Shown here in pieces: positions 29,872-39,057 of a stretch of 63,731 nucleotides of DNA. The stretch lies in the NCBI GenBank assembly GCA_028717645.1, contig JAQUNK010000005.1, positions 1 to 63,731 of the forward strand, read 5' to 3'. Source of the stretch: Candidatus Omnitrophota bacterium. Lineage in GTDB: Bacteria > Omnitrophota > Gorgyraeia > Gygaellales > JAMWDD01. The translations under genes were made by a program, and so were the position numbers. The stretch's first letter is position 1, and each line of letters opens with the position of its first letter. The notes beneath the pieces were generated by a model, which did no database searches, was not told the origin of the DNA, and saw only the letters and a program-made list of their open reading frames with translations.

Positions 29872-30918
29872 ATGGACCTAAAAGAATTGCTCATGTTATG
29901 TATCGAGAAAAAAGCGTCAGACCTGCATATTACCGAGAATGAACCGCCGATACTCAGGATCCACGGTAAACTGCATCGCACTGAAAATAAAGCTCTGAGC
30001 AGAGACGATACCAAGCGCTTGATCTATGCTATTCTGAGCAATCAGCAAAAAGAAATATTTGAAAAGGACCTGGAACTGGATTTTTCCCTGGCCCTGCCGG
30101 ACATCGACCGCTTCCGCGTCAATGTGCATATGCAAAGAGGTTCGGTTGAAGCGGCCTTTAGGCGGATCCCCTTAAAGATCCCTTCCATCGATGACCTGGG
30201 CCTGCCGCCGATAGTAAAAGACCTGGCCAGAAAACCCAACGGCCTTCTCCTGGTTACCGGACCTACCGGTGTCGGAAAAACCACCACTTTAGCTGCCCTG
30301 GTCAACATGATCAACGACGAAAGAGAATCGCTGATCGTAAGTATCGAGGACCCTATCGAATTTATCCATAAAAACAAAAAAAGCGTAGTTAAGCAGCGGG
30401 AAGTTTATTCCGATACACATACCTTTGCCGACGCGCTGAAACATACTCTTCGCCAGGACCCTAATGTGATCGTAGTCGGGGAAATGAGGGACTTAGAGAC
30501 CATCTCGACCGCATTAACCGCTGCCGAAACAGGGCACCTGGTCCTGGCCACACTGCATACACCTGACGCACCGCAAACCATACAAAGGATCATCGACGTC
30601 TTTCCGCCTTATCAGCAGCAGCAAGTAAAATTGCAGTTATCCGACTGTATGCAGGGAGTTGTTTCGCAATTGTTGCTTCCGCGCGCCGACGGCAATGGAC
30701 TGGTTTTAGCCAATGAAATAATGGTCGGCACACCCGCCATCAAAAATCTGATCCGCGAACAGGAAATTGCCCAGATACCGACGATAATGCAGACGGGTTT
30801 TCAGTTCGGAATGAAGACCATGGACAGGTCATTAAAAGAGCTCTACGAACAAAAACTTATTACTTTGGATGTGGCCGTTTCTAAAGTAAAAAGTACGGAT
30901 GAATTCAGGCGGCTATAA
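29872..30918 (+). CDS. pilT: Type IV pilus retraction ATPase PilT (twitching motility)
   Basis: ASDLHI, GPTGVGKTT, EDPIEF and GHLVLATLHT. 348 aa. Confidence 0.85.
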   Translation: MDLKELLMLCIEKKASDLHITENEPPILRIHGKLHRTENKALSRDDTKRLIYAILSNQQKEIFEKDLELDFSLALPDIDRFRVNVHMQRGSVEAAFRRIPLKIPSIDDLGLPPIVKDLARKPNGLLLVTGPTGVGKTTTLAALVNMINDERESLIVSIEDPIEFIHKNKKSVVKQREVYSDTHTFADALKHTLRQDPNVIVVGEMRDLETISTALTAAETGHLVLATLHTPDAPQTIQRIIDVFPPYQQQQVKLQLSDCMQGVVSQLLLPRADGNGLVLANEIMVGTPAIKNLIREQEIAQIPTIMQTGFQFGMKTMDRSLKELYEQKLITLDVAVSKVKSTDEFRRL

Positions 30919-30940
30919 GAACAAGGAGGGATAATCAGCT

Positions 30941-31441
30941 GTGAACATAGAAGGTAAGGCCATCAGATTAGGCGACAGTATCAATACCGACTTTATCATT
31001 TCCGGCCGTTATAAATTTTCTATCACCGACATGAAAGAACTGGCCAAACACATCATGGAGGACATAGACCCGGATTTCCCCAAAAAAGTTATCCCGGGAA
31101 AATCCATTATTGTTGCCGGAAAAAATTTTGGCATGGGTTCTTCGCGTGAGCAGGCACCCCTGGCCATAAAAGAAGCGGGGATCGTAGCAGTGGTAGCGCA
31201 AAGCTTCGCCCGCATATTTTACCGTAATGCCTTTAACATCGGCCTACCCCTGGTAGAGACCGATACCAGCTCGATATCCGATGGCGATAGCCTAAGCATG
31301 GATTTTGATAAAGGCACCTTAAAAGACTTGACCAAAAATATTGAATTAAGATCCGCACCTCTTCCGCCGGTTATGCAAAAATTACTGCAGGAAGGCGGTA
31401 TTGTGGCCTATTATAAAAAATACGGAGAACTAAAATTATAA
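30941..31441 (+). CDS. Aconitase-family small subunit (LeuD/HacB-like), no adjacent large subunit
   Basis: 166 aa. [18 protein letters not shown] swivel-domain motif. GTG start. Confidence 0.75.
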   Translation: MNIEGKAIRLGDSINTDFIISGRYKFSITDMKELAKHIMEDIDPDFPKKVIPGKSIIVAGKNFGMGSSREQAPLAIKEAGIVAVVAQSFARIFYRNAFNIGLPLVETDTSSISDGDSLSMDFDKGTLKDLTKNIELRSAPLPPVMQKLLQEGGIVAYYKKYGELKL

Positions 31442-31445
31442 AATC

Positions 31446-31532
31446 CTAAATCCGAATTTTACAAATTCTAAACATAACAGTTTGGAGTATTAAGATTTCG
31501 AATTTCAAATTTGTTTAGAATTTCGGATTTAG
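31446..31532. repeat. AT-rich bipartite inverted repeat in the leuD-like/icd spacer
   Basis: CTAAATCCGAA(31446-56)+AATTCTAAACA(31464-74) pair with TGTTTAGAATT(31512-22)+TCGGATTTAG(31523-32). An 8-nt bulge and about 37-nt loop. AGA(A)TTTCGAATTT occurs twice (31493-, 31531-). Confidence 0.6.
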
Positions 31533-31560
31533 AATTTCGAATTTAAATAAAAAGGAGATT

Positions 31561-32649
31561 ATGCTACACAAGATCACACTGATCCCCGGAGACGGCATCG
31601 GCCCGGAAGTATCAGAAGCGGCAAAAAGATGCGTTGATGCTACAGGCGTAAAAGTAGACTGGGAAATAGCCCTGGCCGGAAGCGATGCCTTAATCAAATA
31701 CGGTAATTTATTACCCGCAGAAACTTTAGATTCCGTAAGAAGGAACAAAGTGGCCCTGAAGGGCCCGATCATCACTCCGGTAGGAACGGGCTTTCGCTCG
31801 GTAAACGTGGCTATCAGGCACGCGCTTGATCTTTTTGCCTGCGTCAGGCCGGTAAAAACCTACGCAGGAGTAAGGGCGCCGTTTAAAAATATAGACCTGG
31901 TAATCGTACGCGAGAACAGCGAGGACCTTTATGCCGGAATTGAATTCAAGGTCGATGAACCCGGCACAAAGCAATTGATCGAAATGATAGAAAAGCTCCA
32001 GCCTAAAAAGATCCGCCCGGATTCAGGCATCTCCATAAAACCTATTTCACGTTTCGCCAGTAGAAGAATCGTAGAATTCGCTTTTCAATATGCCTTAAAA
32101 AATAAAAGGAAGAAAGTAACTGCGGTACATAAGGCGAACATCATGAAATTCACCGACGGACTGTTCCTGACAACCGCCAAAGAAGTAGCCGCTCAATATG
32201 CCGGTAAAGTAGCCTTCGAAGATAATATCGTCGATAATATGTCCATGCAATTAGTAAAGGTACCACAAAATTTCGACGTCCTGGTCCTGCCTAACCTTTA
32301 CGGAGACATTATGTCCGACCTGGCTGCCGGCCTGATCGGAGGCCTGGGTGTTGCCCCGGGAGCGAATATCGGCAAGGACACGGCGGTTTTCGAAGCAGTG
32401 CATGGCTCGGCACCCAAATACGCCGGGAAGAATAAAGTGAACCCCACAGCAATGATCCTATCTGCAGTACTTATGCTCAAACATATCGGAGAAGAAAAAG
32501 CAGCGGAAAGATTGGAGAAAGCGGTAAGCATTGTTCTGGCTGAAGGTAAATCCGTAACCTACGATCTGAAACAGGACAGAAATGACCCTACCGCAGTTGG
32601 CACTTCCCAAATGGCTGATGCCATTATCGAAAAGTTAAAAAATGTATAA
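31561..32649 (+). CDS. icd: Isocitrate dehydrogenase (short, IDH/IPMDH superfamily)
   Basis: IPGDGIGPEV, KGPIITPVGTGFRSVNVAIR and VRENSEDLYAGIEF (E. coli Icd-like RENSEDIYAGIEW). Cofactor specificity undetermined. Confidence 0.8.
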   Translation: MLHKITLIPGDGIGPEVSEAAKRCVDATGVKVDWEIALAGSDALIKYGNLLPAETLDSVRRNKVALKGPIITPVGTGFRSVNVAIRHALDLFACVRPVKTYAGVRAPFKNIDLVIVRENSEDLYAGIEFKVDEPGTKQLIEMIEKLQPKKIRPDSGISIKPISRFASRRIVEFAFQYALKNKRKKVTAVHKANIMKFTDGLFLTTAKEVAAQYAGKVAFEDNIVDNMSMQLVKVPQNFDVLVLPNLYGDIMSDLAAGLIGGLGVAPGANIGKDTAVFEAVHGSAPKYAGKNKVNPTAMILSAVLMLKHIGEEKAAERLEKAVSIVLAEGKSVTYDLKQDRNDPTAVGTSQMADAIIEKLKNV

Positions 32650-33574
32650 AATCAGCGTGATCGGAGCGGGTAATGTAGGAGGCCTGGCAGCGCTACGGCT
32701 CGTTTCTCTAGGCATGGGCGAGGTTATGCTGGTCGATAAACTGAAGGGGTTTGCCCACGCCAAAGAACTGGATCTAAAAGACAGCCAGGTATTATTAAAA
32801 CAAGACTACCCCATTATCGGCACCGACGATTTCAGCCTGATCAAGGATTCAGGGATCGTCGTGATCACCGCCGGGCTCGCCCGCCGGCCGGATATGACCA
32901 GGGAAGACCTGTTGGCCAAGAACGTAGAAATAATCAAAGACGTTTCTCTAAACGTAAAAAAATTCTGCCCCGAAGCAATAGTTGTGGTTGTCAGCAACCC
33001 CGTAGATATCCTCACTTATGCTGCGCTTAAACTTACAGGCATTAAACAAACAAAAGTCTTTGGCATGGGGATAAGCCTGGATGCTTCGCGTTTTGCCAAT
33101 CTTATCGCAGAAGAATTAAAGGTGAGCCCGAACGTTATAGAAACCGTGGTTATCGGCTCGCACGGCGAGGGAATGCTGCCCTTGGCACGCCTGACCAAAA
33201 TAAAAGGCGTAGAACTGCTAAAATTTATCGATACCCAGAAAGTGGAAGAACTCGTAAAAATGACCACTGGCCGGGGCGCCCAGATCGTTTCTCTTTTTGG
33301 CAGCGGCAGCGCTTACGTCGCCCCCTCGGCAGCGATCGCCGATATTGTAAAAGCAATAATTAAAGATGAGAAGCGCGTAATCGGCGTTTCCTGTTATTTA
33401 AACGGAGAATACGGCCTGAAAGATGTTTACCTGGGTACACCGGCGCGCATCGGGAAGAACGGCATAGAGCAGATCATCGAGCTGGAGCTAAATCAAGAAG
33501 AAAAAGAAGCGTTAAGCAAATCCGCGCAGCTAACCAGTAAACATATCGAAAACATAAGAAAGTCCCTTAATTAA
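32642..33574 (+). CDS. mdh: Malate dehydrogenase (LDH-like family)
   Basis: VIGAGNVGG and ITAGLARRPDMTREDLL (Arg at the LDH Gln102-equivalent position favours MDH). Confidence 0.85.
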   Translation: MYKISVIGAGNVGGLAALRLVSLGMGEVMLVDKLKGFAHAKELDLKDSQVLLKQDYPIIGTDDFSLIKDSGIVVITAGLARRPDMTREDLLAKNVEIIKDVSLNVKKFCPEAIVVVVSNPVDILTYAALKLTGIKQTKVFGMGISLDASRFANLIAEELKVSPNVIETVVIGSHGEGMLPLARLTKIKGVELLKFIDTQKVEELVKMTTGRGAQIVSLFGSGSAYVAPSAAIADIVKAIIKDEKRVIGVSCYLNGEYGLKDVYLGTPARIGKNGIEQIIELELNQEEKEALSKSAQLTSKHIENIRKSLN

Positions 33575-33579
33575 TTTTT

Positions 33580-34896
33580 ATGAAGTCTTATGACATCGGA
33601 ATAGTTGGAGCAGGATGGGCCGGATTCAATGCCGCCCTTAGGGCAGACAGCCTGGGATTAAAAACGGCATTGATAGAAGAGGGTGAACTCGGCGGCACCT
33701 GCCTTAACCGCGGCTGCATCCCCACCAAATTTCTGGTACAAACGGCAAAAATACTTTCCCAAACAAAAAAAGCCGCTCAATATGGCTTAGAAATCTCAAA
33801 CCCCAGCATTAAAATATCTGAAACAAAGCAGGCAAAAGATAATCTGGTCAAGAATCTTAGGGACAAACTGGATAACCTTATCAGTTCTAAGAAAAACATT
33901 ACCTTGATCAGGGCAAAGGCACAGCTTATTTCAAAAAATGAGATCTCCTTAGGCGAAGAAAAAATATCCTGCAAATATATCCTGATCGCTTCAGGCTCAC
34001 GCCCTAAAGAACTCGCCAATCTAAAATTCGATAATAAAAAGATGCTCTCCAGCGACCAGATCTTAAAACTAGAAACCCTGCCTAAGAATATCCTGATTAT
34101 CGGAGGAGGGGTGATCGGTTGTGAATTTGCTTCGGTATTTTCTAATCTGGCGACCGAAGTAACCATAGTAGAATTCCTGGAAAGGCTCCTGCCGCCAGAA
34201 GACCCCGAAGTTTCCAAAAAACTGGAATCGCTATTTAAGAAGCGTAAGATCACTATTAAAACAAAGACCGACGCCGAGACCCTGGATCTGAATGCCTTTG
34301 AAAAAGTCCTGCTTTGTACGGGTAGAGCCCCGAATAATTCCGGCATAGGCTTAGAAGAAATAGGGATAAGGTTCGAAAAGGGAAGGGTCATCACCGATGA
34401 ATACATGCGCACAAATATTGAAAATATTTATGCAGCCGGGGACTCTACTTCCACCAAACAGCTGGCGCACGTTGCGGCACACCAGGCAGTGCTGGCCATA
34501 GAAAATATGGCCGGTATAAAAACCGCGTTTGATTACAGGCTGATACCCAATTGCATTTTTACCGACCCGGAAGTAGCAAGCGTGGGAATGGATGAAAATA
34601 TTGCACAGGAATGTGCGATAGAAACAATCGTAGACCGGTTTGATTTTATGGGCTCGAGCATGGCCAAGATCATCCAAGAAACAGACGGTTTTATCAAAAT
34701 AATTTCGGATAAGCAAACGGATAAAGTCCTGGGCGCGGCAATAATCGGGCCCCGGGCTACTGAACTTATCGCTATTTTAAGCGTAGTTATACATGCCGGA
34801 ATGAAGCGCAAGGACTTGGGCGAAACTATCTTTGCCCATCCGACGTTATCAGAGGCAATAGGAGAAGCGCTACGCAAAGGTCTACATGGATTTTAA
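33580..34896 (+). CDS. lpd: Dihydrolipoyl dehydrogenase-like flavoprotein disulfide reductase
   Basis: GAGWAG FAD fold, GGTCLNRGCIPTK redox disulfide, C-terminal HAHPTLSE dyad. Confidence 0.8.
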   Translation: MKSYDIGIVGAGWAGFNAALRADSLGLKTALIEEGELGGTCLNRGCIPTKFLVQTAKILSQTKKAAQYGLEISNPSIKISETKQAKDNLVKNLRDKLDNLISSKKNITLIRAKAQLISKNEISLGEEKISCKYILIASGSRPKELANLKFDNKKMLSSDQILKLETLPKNILIIGGGVIGCEFASVFSNLATEVTIVEFLERLLPPEDPEVSKKLESLFKKRKITIKTKTDAETLDLNAFEKVLLCTGRAPNNSGIGLEEIGIRFEKGRVITDEYMRTNIENIYAAGDSTSTKQLAHVAAHQAVLAIENMAGIKTAFDYRLIPNCIFTDPEVASVGMDENIAQECAIETIVDRFDFMGSSMAKIIQETDGFIKIISDKQTDKVLGAAIIGPRATELIAILSVVIHAGMKRKDLGETIFAHPTLSEAIGEALRKGLHGF

Positions 34897-35533
34897 TATT
34901 TTCGACCTCGGCCTGACCCGATATCGCGAAACCTTAGCTATACAAAAAGATGTGTGGCAAAAGGTCAAAAATGGCGCCCTGCCTTCAAGCATCATTGTTT
35001 GCCAGCATTATCCGGTGATCACCCTGGGTAGAAACGCAAAAAGAGAAAATATCCTTGCTGAAATAGGCCAAATACAAAAGCAAGGCATAGAAATAATCGA
35101 AGTAGACAGGGGAGGGGACGTCACTTATCACGGCCCGGGACAGCTGGTTTTTTATCCCATCTTCGACCTTAAGGTTTTTGGGCAAGACATACATTTATTT
35201 TTAAGGAAACTCGAGGAAGTAGTGATCTCTTATTTAAAAGATTATGGTATTTCCTCCCACAGGTTGAACAACCTGACCGGAGTCTGGGTAGAAAACAAAA
35301 AAATAGCCTCTATCGGCATCAGTATAAGAAATTGGATCACCTATCATGGCCTAAGTATCAATATCCAGCATGATTGTTTAAATAATTTTAAATTCATCAG
35401 GCCTTGTGGCATGGATATCCAGACCACTTCGCTGGAAGATGCCCTGGGCCGTAAAAACGATATGGAACAGGCAAAAAGAAACCTAATAAACAGGTTCAGG
35501 CAAGTCTATCTTGAAGCGGAGGTAGCCCTATGA
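34886..35533 (+). CDS. lipB: Lipoyl(octanoyl) transferase
   Basis: CQHYPVITLGRN, RGGDVTYHGPGQLV and KIASIGI motifs. Confidence 0.85.
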   Translation: MDFNIFDLGLTRYRETLAIQKDVWQKVKNGALPSSIIVCQHYPVITLGRNAKRENILAEIGQIQKQGIEIIEVDRGGDVTYHGPGQLVFYPIFDLKVFGQDIHLFLRKLEEVVISYLKDYGISSHRLNNLTGVWVENKKIASIGISIRNWITYHGLSINIQHDCLNNFKFIRPCGMDIQTTSLEDALGRKNDMEQAKRNLINRFRQVYLEAEVAL

Positions 35534-35769
35534 CAAAAGTCATATTACCGGAATTAGGCGAAGGTATAAACAAAGCTACGGTATCATACTGGTATAGGTT
35601 AGAAGGAGAAAAGGTAGAAGAAAAAGAAGATCTGGTGGAACTGACCACGGATAAGGCCACTTTCAACCTGCCTTCGCCATGCTCGGGAAAGATAGTAAGC
35701 ATCTTACGTAAAGAAGGCGAAGCGGCCAACGTCGGAGAAACATTGGCGGAAATCGAGGAAAATAGTTAG
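35530..35769 (+). CDS. Stand-alone lipoyl-attachment domain protein (79 aa)
   Basis: LPELGEGINKATV..W....GE.V...E.LVELTTDKATFNLPSPCSGKI is a complete E2-type lipoyl domain with the DKA lysine. ATGA overlap with lipB. Confidence 0.8.
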   Translation: MTKVILPELGEGINKATVSYWYRLEGEKVEEKEDLVELTTDKATFNLPSPCSGKIVSILRKEGEAANVGETLAEIEENS

Positions 35770-35771
35770 AC

Positions 35772-36902
35772 ATGCCTGAAAAACGTATCCTGTTAATGTA
35801 TATCTCCAAAGTCTCAGGTCATAAAAGCGCGGCCATGGCAGTGGAAAAAGCCATAAAAGCAGAGGATCCTACAGCGGTAGTTTCCAACTTAAATACCTTT
35901 GATTACACCAACCCCGTCAGCGCAGCCATAGTAAATTATATTTATATGCATACCATCCAACGCATGCCCTTTATCTGGCGCTACCTTTACGATAATCAAA
36001 AATTCATCAAAAGAACGGAAAAAACTAAGGCGGCGATACACCGTTCCAATGCCCCGAAATTAAAAGCGATCATTGATAAGTTCGATCCCGACGTAATCGC
36101 CTGCTCTCAGGCCTATCCATGCGGAATTATCGCGGATCTGAAAAAAAGCTATAATTTGCATATTCCCCTGGTGGCAATATTAACCGACTATGTCCCGCAT
36201 TCGTACTGGATATACGACACGGTAGATTATTACATCGCGCCTTCCGAAGACATAAAAAAACGCCTGATGGAAAAAGGAGTGGAGCCGGAGCGTATAAAAC
36301 CGCTGGGCATTCCCATAGACCCTAAATTCAATCTTCCCCTGAACAGGGAAGAAATAAAATTAAAACTAGGCCTGGAACCAGGCATGCCCACGATCCTGAT
36401 CATGGGCGGCAGCCACGGCCTGGGTCCATTAAAACAGGTGATCAACCATTTGGATATTTCCCGTTCGGCTTTCCAAGAAATCATAGTTACGGGTATAAAT
36501 AAAAAACTGCATAATTACCTCGCTTGCCGCATAAATAATTATAAAAAAAGCATAAAACTTTATGCATACGCGGAGAATGTTAACGAACTCATGGCTGTAT
36601 CGGATATTATTATCACCAAACCCGGAGGCGTTACTGTTTCCGAGGCACTGGCCATGGGCCTACCCATGCTCATTTTAAAACCCATACCCGGCCAGGAAGA
36701 TAATAATACCCTGTATCTGATAAAACACGGCGCGGCAATAAAAGTAAACGAGCCGAAGAAAGTAAAAGAAACGATCGAAGAAATTTTCTCGGACCCCGGG
36801 CGTTTAAAGCAGGTCAGTTCTGCGGCGCTAAATATGAGTAAACCAGAAGCAAGCAGAGATATCGCCAGGCTCTTGCTTTCGCTTTGCGAAAGGCAGGCAT
36901 GA
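35772..36902 (+). CDS. MGDG-synthase/UgtP-like diacylglycerol glycosyltransferase (GT28)
   Basis: N-terminal SKVSGHKSAAMAV and C-terminal ITKPGGVTVSEALAMGLPM...PGQEDNN motifs. Confidence 0.75.
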   Translation: MPEKRILLMYISKVSGHKSAAMAVEKAIKAEDPTAVVSNLNTFDYTNPVSAAIVNYIYMHTIQRMPFIWRYLYDNQKFIKRTEKTKAAIHRSNAPKLKAIIDKFDPDVIACSQAYPCGIIADLKKSYNLHIPLVAILTDYVPHSYWIYDTVDYYIAPSEDIKKRLMEKGVEPERIKPLGIPIDPKFNLPLNREEIKLKLGLEPGMPTILIMGGSHGLGPLKQVINHLDISRSAFQEIIVTGINKKLHNYLACRINNYKKSIKLYAYAENVNELMAVSDIIITKPGGVTVSEALAMGLPMLILKPIPGQEDNNTLYLIKHGAAIKVNEPKKVKETIEEIFSDPGRLKQVSSAALNMSKPEASRDIARLLLSLCERQA

Positions 36903-37756
36903 TTTTTTATCTTATTTATCGTGCAGGACAATTCATCGCCCTGGCTGTTCCTTTGAAAATATCCTATAAAATAGCCATCTGGGTATCCGATATACGGCTT
37001 TTCTTCAATGAAACCGATCAAAAAGAAACTTACGGGAACCTAAAAACCATCTTTCCCGAAAAAACCGACGCCGAAATAAAACAAATTACCAAAAATCTTT
37101 TCAGGAATTTCGCCAAATACCTGGTAGATTTTTTCCGTTTCAATAAACTGACCAAAGAATATGTGGGAAAGAACATAGAGATTAGGAATATCGATTATTT
37201 TCACCAGGGCCTGAATGAAGGAAAAGGGGTGATCGTCTTAACTGCGCATATCGGTAACTGGGAATTGGGCGGGGCAGTAGTCGCCCTCTTGGGTTTTCCC
37301 TTTTGGGCAGTAGCCCTGACGCACAGGCATAAAGCCGTGGATGATTTTTTTAACAACCAGAGGAAGATGAAGGGCGTAAACACGATACCATTATCCCGTG
37401 CGGCACGGCAATGCCTGGTTAGACTTAAGGAAAATGTGGTCCTGGCCCTGGTAGGCGACCGGGATTTTACCGAAGACGGAATGGTCCTGGATTTCTTCGG
37501 AAAAAAAGCCATATTCCCCGAAGGACCGGCCGCGTTTTCGCTTAAGACCGGCTCACCGATAATTTGCGGATTTATGCTCAGAAAACCCGATGATACTTTT
37601 GTCCTGGAAATAAATAAACCCATCGAATTCAAGCCTTCGGGCGACAAGAAAAAAGATATTAAGGACCTGATGCAGCTGTATATCCCTATTTTCGAAAGTT
37701 ATATCCGAAAATATCCCGACCAATGGTATATGTTCAAGAAATTTTGGATAGAATAG
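36899..37756 (+). CDS. LpxL/HtrB-family lysophospholipid (lipid A-type) acyltransferase
   Basis: LTAHIGNWELGG catalytic motif. ATG at 36899 gives an ATGA overlap with the upstream stop (the track TTG at 36884 is less likely). Confidence 0.75.
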   Translation: MIFYLIYRAGQFIALAVPLKISYKIAIWVSDIRLFFNETDQKETYGNLKTIFPEKTDAEIKQITKNLFRNFAKYLVDFFRFNKLTKEYVGKNIEIRNIDYFHQGLNEGKGVIVLTAHIGNWELGGAVVALLGFPFWAVALTHRHKAVDDFFNNQRKMKGVNTIPLSRAARQCLVRLKENVVLALVGDRDFTEDGMVLDFFGKKAIFPEGPAAFSLKTGSPIICGFMLRKPDDTFVLEINKPIEFKPSGDKKKDIKDLMQLYIPIFESYIRKYPDQWYMFKKFWIE

Positions 37757-37757
37757 C

Positions 37758-38429
37758 ATGAAGACCTGCATAATCATACCCACATACAATGAATCCAAGG
37801 CCATAGGCGAAATCATTAAGGGCCTGGCCGGCTATAACCTCAGCATCCTGGTTGTTGATGACGGCTCTAGAGACGATACCGCAAAAATTGCCCAGGCAGG
37901 CGGAGCTACTGTAATTACCAATCAGAAAAACGAAGGCAAGGGCGCTTCGCTCATTAAAGGATTTGACTATGCGTTAAAAAACGGTTTCGACGCTGTTATT
38001 ACCATGGACGGTGACGGCCAACACAGCCCTCTAGATGTAAGGTCTTTTCTAGATACTGCTGAGAGAGAAGGCGCGCAGATTCTCCTGGGCAATCGTATGC
38101 ATAAGGCAAAAGATATGCCGGCCATGCGCTGGTTAACCAACATTTTTATGTCCTGGCTTATCTCGCGGGTATGCAAACAGAATATCTCAGACACGCAATG
38201 CGGATTTAGATTAATCAGAAGAGAGGCCCTGGAAAGAATGCACCTGGAGAGCGCAAAGTATGAGATCGAGTCGGAGATGCTCATTGAGGCCGCACGTAAC
38301 GGCTATAAAATCGCCCCCGTAAATATCCAAAGTATTTACCGCGGAGAAAAAAGCCAGATCAATCCGTTCACCGATACCTTAAGATTCATCCGATTTATTT
38401 TTAAACAAGCATGGACTACGAAACACTGA
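37758..38429 (+). CDS. Family 2 glycosyltransferase (polyprenyl-phosphate sugar synthase-like)
   Basis: IIIPTYNES, VVDDGSRDDT and TMDGDGQH (DxD) motifs. Confidence 0.8.
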   Translation: MKTCIIIPTYNESKAIGEIIKGLAGYNLSILVVDDGSRDDTAKIAQAGGATVITNQKNEGKGASLIKGFDYALKNGFDAVITMDGDGQHSPLDVRSFLDTAEREGAQILLGNRMHKAKDMPAMRWLTNIFMSWLISRVCKQNISDTQCGFRLIRREALERMHLESAKYEIESEMLIEAARNGYKIAPVNIQSIYRGEKSQINPFTDTLRFIRFIFKQAWTTKH

Positions 38430-39043
38430 GAGAGCGCATGGTAGCCGAGCAGTTGGCAGGGCGCGACATCACGGATGAAAAAGTACTGGATGTTTTTAAA
38501 AAGATTCCGCGCCATCTTTTCGTACCCGCGGCTTTTGAAAAAAATGCTTACGCAGATTATCCTCTGCCCATAGGAGAAGAACAAACTATTTCCCAGCCAT
38601 ATATCGTGGCATTGATGACCCAACTGTTAAGGCTTACCGGCAAGGAAAAGGTTTTAGAAATAGGCACGGGCTCAGGCTATCAAACGGCGGCATTGGCAGA
38701 ACTCGCCAGAGAAGTTTATTCTATTGAACGTTTTGAGGACCTGGCCGTTAATGCAAAAAATATTCTGGCAAAGCTTGGTTATACGAACATAAAAATAAAA
38801 ACAGGGGACGGTACCCTCGGCTGGGCGGAACAAGCCCCCTTTGACCGGATCATCGTCACTGCTGCCGCCGGAGCGATCCCTAAGACCTTGTTGGAACAAT
38901 TAAAAGACCCCGGGCTCCTGGTAATTCCCCTGGGAGAAACTTTTAGCCAGGTGCTTACCGTAGCACATAAAAGTAATAATAAAATAGACCTGGAAAGAAT
39001 CTGCGGCTGCGTATTCGTGCCATTAGTAGGAAAGCATGCTTAA
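38411..39043 (+). CDS. pcm: Protein-L-isoaspartate O-methyltransferase
   Basis: TISQPYIVALM and VLEIGTGSGYQTAALA motifs. Confidence 0.9.
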   Translation: MDYETLRERMVAEQLAGRDITDEKVLDVFKKIPRHLFVPAAFEKNAYADYPLPIGEEQTISQPYIVALMTQLLRLTGKEKVLEIGTGSGYQTAALAELAREVYSIERFEDLAVNAKNILAKLGYTNIKIKTGDGTLGWAEQAPFDRIIVTAAAGAIPKTLLEQLKDPGLLVIPLGETFSQVLTVAHKSNNKIDLERICGCVFVPLVGKHA

Positions 39044-39057
39044 CTTAAATACCGAAA

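Noticed and set aside
33777-34412. A long antisense ORF (211 aa) inside lpd. Similar antisense ORFs lie at 7097-7606 (pgk), 3556-4038 (metY/cysK), 53399-53887, 36560-37021, 37201-37647 and 23450-23905.
   Set aside because: All lie opposite strongly recognisable genes. Their translations are low-complexity (Ser/Pro/Ile/Phe-rich) with no motifs, and they lack an RBS or promoter context. They are the expected shadow ORFs of codon-biased genes.
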